Source of the DNA: Podarcis cretensis
Lineage: Eukaryota
Length of the DNA: 64,000 bases
Direction of reading: 5' to 3'
Assembly: GCA_951804945.1 (NCBI GenBank)
Contig: OX638156.1
Coordinates: forward strand, 46,934,001 to 46,998,000
Shown here: piece after piece, positions 26,577 to 39,054 of the stretch
Numbering within the stretch: the first letter of the stretch is position 1
Layout: the number at the start of each line of letters is the position of its first letter
Notes under the pieces: generated by a model
What the model saw: only the letters and a program-made list of their open reading frames with translations
What the model was told of the DNA's origin: nothing
The model's database searches: none
Position numbers and translations under genes: made by a program

Positions 26577-27221
26577 ATGTCGACAGGAGAAGCCTTATGG
26601 ACTGCATTTTCTAAGATAAGCCACCTGTTGGAACAGCTTCATAAAAAGATGGATGCTATGACTACTAAAATTGACATTTTGGAACCAAAAGTGAGCACCA
26701 ATACAGAAATTATTCAGGATTTGGCACAGGAATCTATTTCAACAGGACAAATTGTTGAAAAGGAGAAGGAGAAAGTTGCTGTTGTCGAACCTAAAGTAAC
26801 ACAAGGGGGGGGCTTAGCCTTACAGAGGCAAATTGAGGACTACAAGTTGAGGCCCTTTATGACTGAGACTAGAAAAAGTCAGATTTTGAAGATCGGAGCC
26901 TGGCCTGGACTAGAAAAGGAAAGTTGGAAAGATCCCTCTATGCAGGGATTAACTGACTTTTGGAATATGGACTTGGGTCAGGAGGAGATTGGAGTTCTGG
27001 GGGCCTTTGGATTTGGAGGAATTTTGAAACATGCCCTGAAATACTTTATGGATCCTAGTTTTAATTATGGAAATCTGGCTGACCTGTCGAGAAGGAATAA
27101 AAGTATCGTTGGATTGGAGTTTCCCCGAGATCTGCTCTTTAGCATCAAAGAATATGAAGAAGACTGGCAGAAGGGACGTGGAAAAGAGTTAAGAGCCTCG
27201 GACATAAGATCTCCAGGTTGA
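26577..27221 (+). CDS. L1 ORF1p-like protein (coiled coil plus degenerate RRM start), 214 aa, element-encoded
   Basis: ATG-initiated intact ORF; heptad-like ISHLLEQLHKKMDAMTTKIDILEPKVSTNTEIIQDL; TETRKSQILKIGAWPGLEKE resembles the ORF1p junction motif E.R.R..NLRI.GIPE. Confidence 0.6.
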   Translation: MSTGEALWTAFSKISHLLEQLHKKMDAMTTKIDILEPKVSTNTEIIQDLAQESISTGQIVEKEKEKVAVVEPKVTQGGGLALQRQIEDYKLRPFMTETRKSQILKIGAWPGLEKESWKDPSMQGLTDFWNMDLGQEEIGVLGAFGFGGILKHALKYFMDPSFNYGNLADLSRRNKSIVGLEFPRDLLFSIKEYEEDWQKGRGKELRASDIRSPG

Positions 27222-29362
27222 TGGACTGTATGGAGTTGACGGAAATGGCTGGCAGGGTCCGAGACTGGGGAGAGGAGATGGTGGAAGAAGATTGGAAATT
27301 TAAAGTCTATATATAGAAATATTGTAAAATTAATGAGTGATAGAAAAACGTTGGAAGGAAATTTTATGGCTTTAGCTGAAATGCTATAAGGAGTTAAGCT
27401 TAAATAAGTATACTAATTTTAATGGAAATAAGATTAAAAATATGTTAAGACATTTATATGATAGAAAATAGAGAAAGATGGAAAGGAATTGCTGAAACAA
27501 TTAATGGAAGTGGAATACAAAGAGAGAGGTGAGAGGAGGTCAATGATACAAGGGAATGAAAGAGACTATGGAAAAGGTATGATGTATGTTTTTAAATTGT
27601 TTTTGTTTGGTTTGGTTTAGTTTATTGTGTTAGTTTAATGTTTTAAGGTTGTGTTTTGCATTGTTTATGTATTGTATTGTTTTTCTCTTTTTGTTCTTTT
27701 TTTTCTTTTGTCTTCTTTCTCCCTTTTCTTTTTTGTAAGCTTTAAAAGTAATAAATATTATTTTTTTAAAAAGAAAGAAAGTGGGAGCTCATGAGAGAGG
27801 GGCAGATGGAATAACGGAACTTCAAGCAATGTGTACTGGGGAGGGTCAATAAGACTGTGCCCAGATGAATTGAGTTTGCTGTTTAAGACTCTGAAACAGG
27901 AAGACTGTGTTAATTTGTTGGGCACTGATGAGCAAATTTATTGAGAGCTGTCAGCTCAGTGGTGAACTGCTAATTTGTTTGACTTTATGGATTTATGCAA
28001 TGTAGTGCTAAGCTAAAGTCATTTAGTGGAATGCTTGTTTTGCTGGCAAAATGTTTTGCACAAGTGGAACATGGTTGTGCAAGCACAGGTTGCTGTTAAC
28101 TTTGTTGCACAACTGATTGCACAGTCTGTGGTTCAAGTAGTTTCAACTAGCATAATCATTGTACTGGATTCCACAGTTATGAGACGTTAAATCTCACCTT
28201 TCCACTAGAGCACGAGCTCTTGCACTACTGGACAGAGAACGTTGAATACAGCCCCAAGTAACTTTCTGAAGCTGAACCAAGGAATTGCATGATGGCACAG
28301 ATCTCTACATCCTTTAGTTCATTACACACACATACAAACATACACTCCAGGTGAACCCTGAGATAAGGAAACACTCTGGGATCTGATAAACTCTTTTTAA
28401 AACCTTGTAGGAGGCTACTTTGCATGCTCATCAAACACATGGTCAGCAGATGGCATGGCTACAATAGAAGCACAGTTAACTTATGTGTCTCTGCAGTCCT
28501 CCCATTCATGCTTTGTGTGTGAAGGAATTTGTCTGAACATTGCCTGTGAAGTGATTGTTATGTGTGTACATTTAATCAGGACAGAACACATTTGATGGAA
28601 ACATATTTGAAAAAAAGCAACAAAAGAAATTTTTGATATTATATTACTTAGAAAATTGGAATTCAGAAGAAGAATACCCTTTTAAGTGCACTTCAGTAGA
28701 TAAATCAGAAATGTCTACCAAAACAATTCCAAACCCCAGGAAGCAAACTTAACAGGAAATGCAAATTAGTATACAGGAATAATGTACCACAATGAATTGG
28801 ACTAATATCTGTTCTCCAACCATCATTTCCAAATGTGTCCCCCCCCCTTGAATCTTTTACTACATCTTCTACACCAGAGCATGTGATTGGCATTCTGTAG
28901 CTGCATTAAAGGGTTCATTTACTAATTACAGAGCTAAATTGCATATGAGATGTGCAATTTTCACAACATATTTTGACAGGATTTGCTGATTTAAAAGTGA
29001 TTTGGAGGTTCCCCGCTCACCAATGACATGAGAGAGTTTTGAAAAGCAAACAGGTTACTCTTCAGTCCGTTCTCCTGACAGATGTCAACATCCATTACAT
29101 ACAATCTCATCTCTTGCTTGAGTGGAACACCTTTAACAAGAAGTGTAGTAGTGTGAAATTTGCTGATGTTGGGGAAATTAGTCCAGTTCAATCTTTGATT
29201 AATTAATACTCTGTAAATTCAGGTGGTACATGTAGCCATGGCCAAAGGTACTGGAATGAATATAAATTTGGAGGCAAATGTAATATTTTCAGACTGACTA
29301 GGAATAGTATGAATGCAGTGTTGCATAATTGCATACTCCACCCCCACCCCGTTACTCTATAG

Positions 29363-29491
29363 CAGGCATCCCCAAACTTGGCCCTCCAGCTGTTTTGGGA
29401 CTACAATTCCCACCATCCCTAATCCTGTTAGCTAGGGATGATGGGAGTTGTAGTCCCAAAACAGCTCGAGGGTTGAGTTTGGGGGTGCCTG
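29363..29491. mobile_element. hAT (Charlie-like) palindromic MITE, 129 bp
   Basis: Perfect 8-bp TSD CTCTATAG (29355-29362, 29492-29499); near-perfect fold-back, e.g. AGCTGTTTTGGGACTACAA / TTGTAGTCCCAAAACAGCT. Confidence 0.92.
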
Positions 29492-30274
29492 CTCTATAGA
29501 TTCCACAATCAGTCCATTTCAATCAGTCCATTTCCATTTTTCTCAGTTTCTCCTCTCCCCAGTAAATCCCACATACATTTGCATTTAAGATAAACAAAAC
29601 TCCAATGATCATAAAGGTAGATAAATACATTTTGATGTTTATTTCTTTTAATCTAAACATTTTTGTATGCACTTTTGCCCACTATATGCATTTTATACAC
29701 AATTTATTTTATTTGTGATAAGGCAAGCCTCACAAAACTATGTACAGAACAATGCTCCTCCATTAAAAGTATATACTTTACTCTTCTCACAAAAGTATAT
29801 GCTTTTAGAGCCAAATTATTTTGGTTACTGTTAAGTTTTTTTAAAAAAATATCTTTAATATTGTGGAAGCCCTGGGACTTTAGGGTGAAAGGTGTGAAAT
29901 AAAAAACAACAGCAGCAACAACAAACAGAATAGCAAAGGCAAATAAGAAAAAAAAGACAACTTTTCGAAAGCTAGATCTCAGCTTCCCCTCAGAACAGAA
30001 TGCTTCTTTTGGTGGGGTAAGGAGAGGCCATTTCTTCTGGAACTATGGAAGCTAGAAAATGGGCACCCCCTAGTCCCTAATGTCCCACACTCTCTTCTGA
30101 GCAAGAGGAACCTTACATAACTCTATGGCAGCAACTGAGGGAGAGAAAAGCCATTTCAGCTAGGAAGTAGGGGCTAGATAGTAGGCAGCCCTCCAGAGTG
30201 TTCAATTTCTTTCACCTTGTGGCAAGCACATTCTTGAGAAGACTACTGTCAGTTACAGCCTTTAATGGCCAAAC

Positions 30275-30860
30275 ACCATTGGCAACCTTAAGGCTGGTTT
30301 ACTGCAATGTGCTCTATATCAGACTACCTTTGAAGGTGGTCCAGAAGCCGCAGGTGTAGGGACTAGATGTAGGGGCAAACTATTGCCAGAATGTAGCATC
30401 TTGCTTGCAGGGTTTGCACTGGGTGCTACTGAACCAAATTCAAAATTTTGGAACCCCTGCAATTCAGGACCAGGTTACTTGAGTGACTTCCTTAACCCTT
30501 ATACACCCAGTAGAATTTTCCTTTCAACCCCCCCCCAAAAAAAAAATAATTAAAAAAAAATCAGAAGTGTACTCCACCGTAACTATGAGCAGGGCTTTCA
30601 GTATGGCTGTGCCCTGTTCTATGGAACAGCATCCCTACTGGCATATGACAGGTACCTACTAGCTGTAATTTCTGGTACCAGCTGAAGCCATTTTTGTTTT
30701 GACAAGCTTTTCAAGCTGGATGAAATGTATCTGCTTTAGTTGTTCATTTTGTCTTATTTTTAAACTTTCCTTCAATTTGTTCTGTTTTACATGTTTTCAT
30801 TGTATGTTTGCAAATTGCCTTGCCACATATGCAGAAGGCAATTCATAAATTGATAAATGA
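30275..30860 (+). mobile_element. Old L2 LINE 3' fragment
   Basis: TACTGCAATGTGCTCTAT (YCNVLY)...CCTTTGAAG...GCAGGGCTTTCAGTATGGCTGTGCCC...CTATGGAACAGCATCCC, then a T-rich UTR and tail. Confidence 0.6.
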
Positions 30861-32207
30861 GCCATAAACAAAGACTACACTTACCCTTTTTTTTGTAGGA
30901 TGCTCAACTTCTTCTTCCCATGAACTTCTGGCGCCTGCTGCTCCAGCCATGGTTCCTAAGTCATTTCATGTCTACGTCTGGACCTTGTCAAAAACATAAT
31001 TTTTAAGTACAGCCACATCTTCCTGCACTGGAGATTACAAATTATTTCCTTCAACACTCTTTAAAAAATATTCCACAAAAATCAAAGAAGTGGGGGAGAA
31101 ACAAATCTCACCATTACAATTTTTGTGATATCTTCACAGTTCTATTTGCCCAGTGATAAAGTTGCAATCACATTAAAATTCTCTCATTACCTATACCATG
31201 GAAAATTTGGAAATGAAGAGAAGAGAAAACCGCAATTATGTTTTCTCACTTATTTAATAAGTGTTAGAGAAGAAATGGGGGAGAGTGTGACGCAGCCAAT
31301 AATTCAATCCAGCCTGTGATATATGTACAAAAACAAAACATATGTATAAAGCAAATATTTTGTGCGGGATTTCTGGATGTTCAGAAAGTTTCTACTATGA
31401 CCAGGATGGAAGAAGTCAGGTTACTTGTGTTTTGATCTAACTATGGAATCACATTTCAGCAGTACTGTGTGGATCTGTGGAACTACCCTTCCCTCTTGAG
31501 ATATTTCCCATTCGTTGCATTTGCGATCCTTCGGCTGTTGCCCCTAAATGTCACTTAAAGCAAAAAGCTAGGGATGTCAGAACATTCCATTGAAAAGAGA
31601 AATGGGAGTAGAATTTTGCACTTATATGAAAGGGGTGCAATAATAATTAATTATGTAAATGGTGCAGGTTACACTGTTCATCACAGTGAACAGCAAGATG
31701 AATAATACAGTTTTTGCAGCTGAACAGAAACAGTGCTGCATGCGATGAATACAAGGTGAAACAGAAAACTATGCATAGGGACATTCTTAGGGACAGCTCT
31801 TCACCCAATTTGTTGTCATACAGTGTATGAAAGATCTTTTCACCAGCCCTGGACTGACAATAGGACATTTGCGGCGTTGAAAGGCAGGTGATGTCTTCAG
31901 AGCAGCTGACTGTCAGCCTGAATTAATGTCGCACAAGACTGTGTGACGTAATACAGCCAACCATTAAAAAAATTGCTAGCCTTTTTTGTTGCCTCTTTCA
32001 AAATGACTCATGTTTTACTCATGCTCCATTTGATATGTAGATTCATCAGTGTCTGTTATAAGTGCTGGTCATTGGATACTGCAGGTGTTGATCAAGGTTC
32101 TATCACAGACTATGTTGGTGGAAAGAGGCACTGTTGCCGTGTTCTTGCCACTTATTTGAGCATTTATTTATTATAAAACAAAATAAAGTTGGCATGAAGC
32201 TTAGCTG

Positions 32208-32607
32208 GTGAGAGCTGGACCATAAAGAAGGCTGATCTCCAAAGAATTGATGCTGTTGAACTATGGTGCTGGAGGAGGCTATTGAGAGTCCCATGGACTG
32301 CAAGAAGATCAAACCTATCCAAAGCCCTGAGTGCTCACTGGAAGGACAGATCGTGAAGCTGAGGCTCCAATACTTTGGCCACCTCATGAGAAGAGAAGAC
32401 TCCCTGGAAAAGACCCTGATGTTGGGAAAGATGGAGGGCACAAGGAGAAGGGAACGACAGAGGACGAGATGGTTGGATAGTGTTCTCGAAGCTACCAGCA
32501 TGGGTTTGACCAAACTGTGGGAGGCAGTGGAAGACAGGAGTGCCTGGCGCGCTCTGGTCCATGGGGTCACGAAGAGTCAAACACAATTAACGACTAAACG
32601 ACAACAA
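32208..32607 (+). mobile_element. Bov-B (RTE) LINE 3' end, 5'-truncated
   Basis: SPECSLEGQIVKLRLQYFGHLMRREDSLEKTLMLGKMEG...AWRALVHGVTKSQ; CAA tail; A-rich TSD-like ATAAAACAAAATAAA / ATAAAACCAAAATAAA. Confidence 0.95.
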
Positions 32608-33595
32608 TAAAACCAAAATAAAATTCAAATAGAACCACATCACCCCTTCCGATGTGACTGTTGCCCTTCTGAACAGGGAGAGGCAAATGATCATATTTGA
32701 AGCTGATCAGACTTTGGTAACCTTTTTTTGTGCTCCAAATAAAGGCCTTGCCCAACTTTGGAATATGAAGTTTTTCTTATGGAGCAACCTGTTCTTTTCT
32801 TATTCTAAGAGTGATTTGAGGAACCTCAGACTTGCAGTAGCACTTGTAAACGTTCTCCTGCCTTTGTTCAAACAAATTGGTGTGATTTTGCACAGTTCCT
32901 TTCCGGCCTGGTTTCTGCACTGCTTTACATGCATACCAAATTCCCCACATAATAAAACTACATAGGAAACTTTCTGTCAAAGGATTTTAAGTAACTCTGG
33001 ATTTCCTTTGAGGTCTGCTATAGGTGCCAATAACATTCCAAGCACAATCTGTTTTGTACTATTGATTTTCCCTATGATAAGACTCCTCTGTGTTGCAAAT
33101 CTGCCAATATTTGGGCACAGTAGAATAACTCCTTTCCTTTCCTGATAACGGTAGGGATGCATGCCTCTCTTCATGCCTGCAGTCTTTATTTAATGTATTT
33201 AATACATTTTTACCTTGCCTTTTGATTAGAATAAAATTGACATCTTTTTTTTAAAAAAAAAAACAATAATCATCATAGCAGTATAAAAACCAGGTAAGAG
33301 CATGTAATTAAAAATAAAATAAAATTAATGAACATGAGTAATTTAGTTTCATTAATTTCAGTGGGTCTCTCCTTCATTGGATGATAACAAAGACACACAA
33401 AAGGATAGGGTGATTCTGGAATGGTAATACCCAATTACATATAATTGCATATAAAAGTGGTACTGCTTCACTTTAGGTGGAGTTAAAGTACTTCTTGCAA
33501 AGGACATTTGAAATCTCAGTGATTTCCACAGTCAGTAAGTTACACATCATGTTGCTTTGATTTGAGGTCCCATAATAGTGTATAAGGACCTTTTA

Positions 33596-33663
33596 TATAT
33601 GTGCTATGTGCTTTTTGATCCAACAATTTATATATGTATATGTGTTTTTTGATCCAACAATTT
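33596..33663 (+). repeat. Two-copy tandem duplication, about 34-bp unit
   Basis: TATATGTGCTATGTGCTTTTTGATCCAACAATTT followed by TATATGTATATGTGTTTTTTGATCCAACAATTT. Confidence 0.85.
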
Positions 33664-36600
33664 TAAGAGTGAATTTACAATTGATTGTCATAGAATTATA
33701 GATTTGGAAGAACCCTGAGGGTCATCTAGTCCAACCCCCCTGCAATACACTTTGTCTTCACCTTTGGCCACATGTGGAGAGTGAGTACAGTTTTCCACAC
33801 TAATGGTGTATTGTACCCAAATTTTAAAAAGTTCTGTGAATGTTATACCATTGTATGTATCACTCTAGAGGGCAGATGTGTGACCAGCCCTCTCAATATT
33901 CCTTAGCAGGAGGCTCAGCCCCACATGATGCTACTGCTGAGATGGCAAATTTATTGACTATAATATAATTATGGAATACTACGTATTAATTAAACAAAAA
34001 TCAAAGAAATGATTTCTGTAACTACTGACATCAATTTACCTTTAGAACTTGCCACCTGAAATCTTCATGAAGCCCCACAACCACTATGGCTCTTCAAGGA
34101 ATTCCCTTCACTTTCTGCCATATCTCCCCTTTGAGCTGAACAGCTTGCAAACTGACAACTCACACCAGACAGAGGGAAGTGATGTGAAACAGACATTTCC
34201 AAAACCACACCCATCAATCCCCACCTCCTCCACACAGAAAGCAGCATGATACTTGCACATATGCCACACAAATGAAAATACTGATGAGCCCTTCACAAAT
34301 GTCAGATCTGTTTGCGGCAGAAAAAGTGGATTTTTTATTTTTAAAAAGTATATTATTCTGGAACAGTAGCTGAATAAAGATGATGTTGTGTGACAGAATG
34401 AATGCAAAAATAAAATAAAATAAAATAAACCCAGAGGTGAAAGTATAACAACTATGCCACTATAAATGGTGAGTGCAGAAAGGCCCTAAGGTGGATATAT
34501 TACTTTCTGATAGTCACACAATTAAAACAGATTTATGGAGAATAATAATTGAAGTGTTGGAAGGAACAGTCAATATAAACCAAGCTCAACCAACCCTCAC
34601 TTGCCTACCTCCTGACTGCTCCAGAGGGTAGCACTTCCAATCAACTTCTTCCTTCTTAGTGTCAATGTTGCCCTAGCAGAACTGATCAGGGACAAGGAAG
34701 GGGACAAACTAGACAAAGTTGGCTCCTCCTATAATTGGCTCTGGTTCCACCTACTGTTGGCCTCTCTGCCTTCCACCCTACCAGTCCCAAGGAAATCAGC
34801 CGGCACTGAGATGGATTAATGATTTTATTTCATGCAAGGTAGTTTCTAATTCAGCTTCACCATAACAGAGCCCTGATTATATTTCACATATACCACAGGT
34901 CTGCACAAGCATAAAACCCTAACCCTCCGGGCCAAATACAGGCCATGTATTGTGGCCAGCCACTCCCCCTGTACATGGTAATCCTATATGGTAGAAGTGT
35001 GGAATTGGATCTGACTGGTTGATCAGATCCTTACATTTCCTATCCCTCAGGTTTGAAAGGCAAAAGGAATTCTCCTCCTCTCAATCACCCAATATCACTG
35101 TGATGTCATGTGGCTTGGTTTTGCACTGTTTGATTTCAAACAGTGAATGTGCTTTTCCTCACATAATGTTCCAGAAAGTGCAAATTAGGTAGGTTCATCT
35201 TTCAATGTGAAGTGCATTTAATTTCTCTTGTATCCCTACCGGGGCCCCAACAGCGCAGGATTGGAAATGGTGCTGGTGCCATAAGAAGTATGTGGTGCTA
35301 CTCCAGGGCATTGCAAGAATGCCAAAATAGGGGCTTCCTAACCATTTGCTGCTACCACTAACTAAATTTGAATCCAAGAGTGGGGAGATCATATGCCAAT
35401 GGACTTTATCCCCTTTCAGAGGCAGTATACTTTCGAATGACAGCTGTTGGGAATCAGAATTGGAGAGAGTGCTGTTGTGCTCAGGTCCTGCTTGTAGGGA
35501 CCCCAGAAGAGGCATCTGGTTGACCACTGTGAGAACAGGATGCTGGACTAGATGGGCCATGGGCAGAGCTCTTCTCATGTTCTCTAGCAGGTTTCTAGCC
35601 ATGCTGGCGGCTGCTTCTGGCCCTAACAATCAGGTTCTTTCATTGGATGGGCAGGATATGAATAGGATAATGTAAAAATAAGAAGTTAATTTTAGATGAC
35701 TCTGGTTTTTGTGGTATATTGTTTGTTGATATAATCCTAGTGAGAATTTTCAACTACTCCGGGCCAAAAATCCTTGCCCCACAGTAATGAGATCCTTGGA
35801 TGGAGGCATGATGCCTGAGTAAAGCTCAACTAATTATTATTTACTGTTTGTAGCATAAGGAAAGTCCAGATGGAGCTGGCTGTTTTTCCCAAGCTTTCTT
35901 TTTGGCAAGGTCAGTAAAACTGGTTGGCTGAGCAACACAATTTCAAAACCCCAAGAATCACATTCAAAAGTGGCAATGAAATGAAAGGATGTGGAAAGCC
36001 TTCCACCATCCTTATTTACAAAGCACAACATGTCAGCTTGGGCCTGTCTCAATGTTTCTTCTTTATTCCAAGCGTCCGGGTACCAGCTGTGCTCTGCGGT
36101 AGTCATGAGCTGTGTAAGATCAGGTATTAATATATAGAAGGTTACACTAATGAAACAAATCTCATTGTTCTTCAGGAGTGGAAGTTACAAGGAATCCAGT
36201 ATGGCTTACTGACAGGTCAAAACCCACAACATCCTCATGACCTTGCCTGTAGAGTTGGACCAGTACACTTATTTTTGTTATGCTGTGTGACTGTTTGTTT
36301 ATATGCCACCTTTCAGCCAAGGAGGTTGCCAAGGCAACTCACGAAGAATAACACACAAATTCAAATACAATTCAAAGTGTTGACAAATTCAAAGTGGTGG
36401 TATCTTACCATTTTATTATATAGGAAGATATCTGCTACTGAGTTACTGCACCACCAGAATGTCTCAAGAAATAGCCTTCTTCTCTTAAAACAGAGCTGCA
36501 GAACCTTTTGCCCAGGAGCAAAATGTAGCCCTCCAGACCTGTCTACCAAGATAATGGTAGTCTGCTTTACACAATTAAGTGTCACGTACATCCTTACACC

Positions 36601-39054
36601 TACTTTTTGCCTCTTGTCGTGCCCACTTTTCCTGACTCCACCCATCACTGACATAAGGTCACTGAGGTTTAAAAAAAGGTTCCCTTTACCTGAAAGCAAG
36701 TGTGGGGGAGAGGATAGCAGAACACATTCCTACCCTGCCATACCTCACTCCACTCCACTTTTCTATTCATTTTTCTCCCAGCAAACCTCACTTTTTGGCA
36801 TTGGATCATGGCACCATAGTAAGATGGGAGTGGACAGAGCGGAGGTGGTACAAGTGGGATGCGGTGAGGCTGGGGTTTGATCCTGTTTCTTCCTCCATGT
36901 GCTCACTCTGTGGATACAGGAGTTCATATAAGTCTCAAAAACAGTGAATGCCTATGAGACTCAGTAAGCCTTGAATATCTCATATCTAATAGATGTGGTA
37001 TTCAAGATAGAAGACAAAAAAACATAAGGAGAAACAAGGACAATTGTCAGCTATGCCTTCACACACCAGCTCATAAATTGTATTATGATTGATTAGTGTT
37101 TCTGTACAATCATGACAGGAGTTTACTGTCAATCAAATATGTGATGGTCACATGGACCAATTGCACTTGAAAGCTACTTGATTAATTCAATAGCTATTTA
37201 GTGTAATTAAACTGAGCAGTATTTGAAAACAGACATATTTAAGAGTCCAGTATACAGCTCCTAAAATCAAATAATTCCACTAGCTTTTAAGGATAAATGC
37301 CTGCTTGCACCAGCTGGGATTATGATCTTAGATTATTATTATTTTTTAACATAAGACTGCTCCATGAAATTAATATTCAAAGACTCCACATCAGTTGATT
37401 GATTATTTCTGGAAATACTCAGTAATGCACTTTCTCAATTTACTGGAAATTTTAATTCTGTTACATATGACACTATGAAGAAAATTGGACTCCTTCCATA
37501 TTTATTCAGCCATGATTAATCTTGTGTTGAGTAATTTTTTTATATAATTTCCATTCCGTGAATATATTTATTAATTTACCTCCTGCCAATATGCTGCCTG
37601 AGGATGCCACTGTTTGGATTTTCTGTGCTTCCTAAGTAGAATTTGCATAATGGAATTAAGAGGTCTGTCCATGAGCATTTCGTTGTGGTATTTTGGACAG
37701 AGTATGTAGGTTGTAATTAGTGGCATCTGGCCTTCAGGCTCATTAACATGCAAATAGAATGACTACAGATTAGAAATGTTTTGCAGTTGCAACAATGTCT
37801 CATCAGTGTCCACATCAGATCTTTCTGTTGTGTTGCTGGGTTGTACTGGAGCTGTTTATATAAGGCTTGATGCTGGAGAAGTGAGTCAGAAGTAAAAGGC
37901 AATCATTGTGGATAAAAACATATTATTCTGGGAACTCTGAGAGCACTCCATTCAGTGTCCAGTTGAATCCATTGAAGTGTTGTCCCTTATGGTATCCTGA
38001 TTGGGTAGACATCTGAAACGAGTTCAACATGTTGATGCACCCAAAAGCACTGATACAAATTATTCCCCCCTCCCCGGCATGCAAAAATCTTATCTGTGGG
38101 CCAACAAGCTGAAGGGTTTCAATCATTGTTTACATCACTGCCTCTCGAGGCCATTCAACACAGTGAACAAGTCCTTTGGCTTTCCATGAGCATGTGTACC
38201 TCCTATTCTAGTTAGTTATTTCTTAGTTGTGTGGTAGCTGTGGAGCCCATACTCTGTTCCATTGCCAAACACAGCACTTAGTCAACCCATGGAGGTGGGA
38301 TTCAAATTATGATTCAAAATTCACCTTACATAATCCAGCATGCCAAAACCCGACACATATCCTTAGAACATGAAAGGGATCTACTGCCCCCACAATTTCA
38401 TATCCACTATATGCTGGAACCAAGATGATTTGGATCTCCCTAGCAGCTTGTGCAAAGGACACCCTACTCTTCAACCCAGGGGCTTGGAAAGAGCATCATA
38501 CCTAGGCTCTTCCTGTGGCACAAGTCTTCACCAATCTTCCCTGGCACCAAGAATAAGGAAATCAAGTACACCAAGCCAGGAGCTACTGTGAGAAAATGGA
38601 GCACTTTGCTAGCAGCATATGGCCTTCGCTTCACCAAACTCTGCTCCTATAGACAAGATTCTAACTGTATTTGGCTGTTTTGTTCATATTTAAGCTGTAC
38701 AACCAAGCAGGAAGTAGAATTCTAGCATCTGTGCATAGAGTGCTAGCCTATGCATGTGCTGGCTTCCATGCAATCTGGAATCCTGAATGACTGGGCTTCT
38801 GGATGCCACCGAAGGCTGTATATGACCAGCAGGAAATCTCTGGTCCATTGGCCTAATTAACCTTGCAAGGCCTCCCTTTTTGGCCTTTGTGGCCACTTGG
38901 CAAAGCCACATCCACCTCCCCTACACCTGATGCTGTGTCAGATGTCAAGTATAGCGCAGGAAAAGATGTGGCAGGACTGAAGGTGGGTTTGCAGACATAA
39001 CACCCTGTTCAAAGCACAATGTACACAGCTTAGAAAGCAGTATAGATCAGTGTA

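Larger units (their letters stand above)
25668..27774 (+). mobile_element. Full-length non-autonomous L1-derived retroelement (half-L1/HAL1-like), about 2.1 kb
   Basis: 19-bp TSD AAGAAAGT(A/G)GGAGCTCATG at 25649-25667 and 27775-27793; CpG-rich 5' end GACTTCCGGG; ORF1-like frame; ORF2 C-terminal remnant at 27215-27340; T-rich 3' UTR, AATAAA at 27750-27755 and A-rich end; no EN or RT. Confidence 0.85.

Noticed and set aside
25049-27960. LTR-like host sequence around the L1-derived element
   Set aside because: Purine-rich and repeat-like, but I could not define its ends or a TSD
36275-36880. 201-aa ORF
   Set aside because: Non-ATG start, no recognisable domain, composition typical of a chance frame
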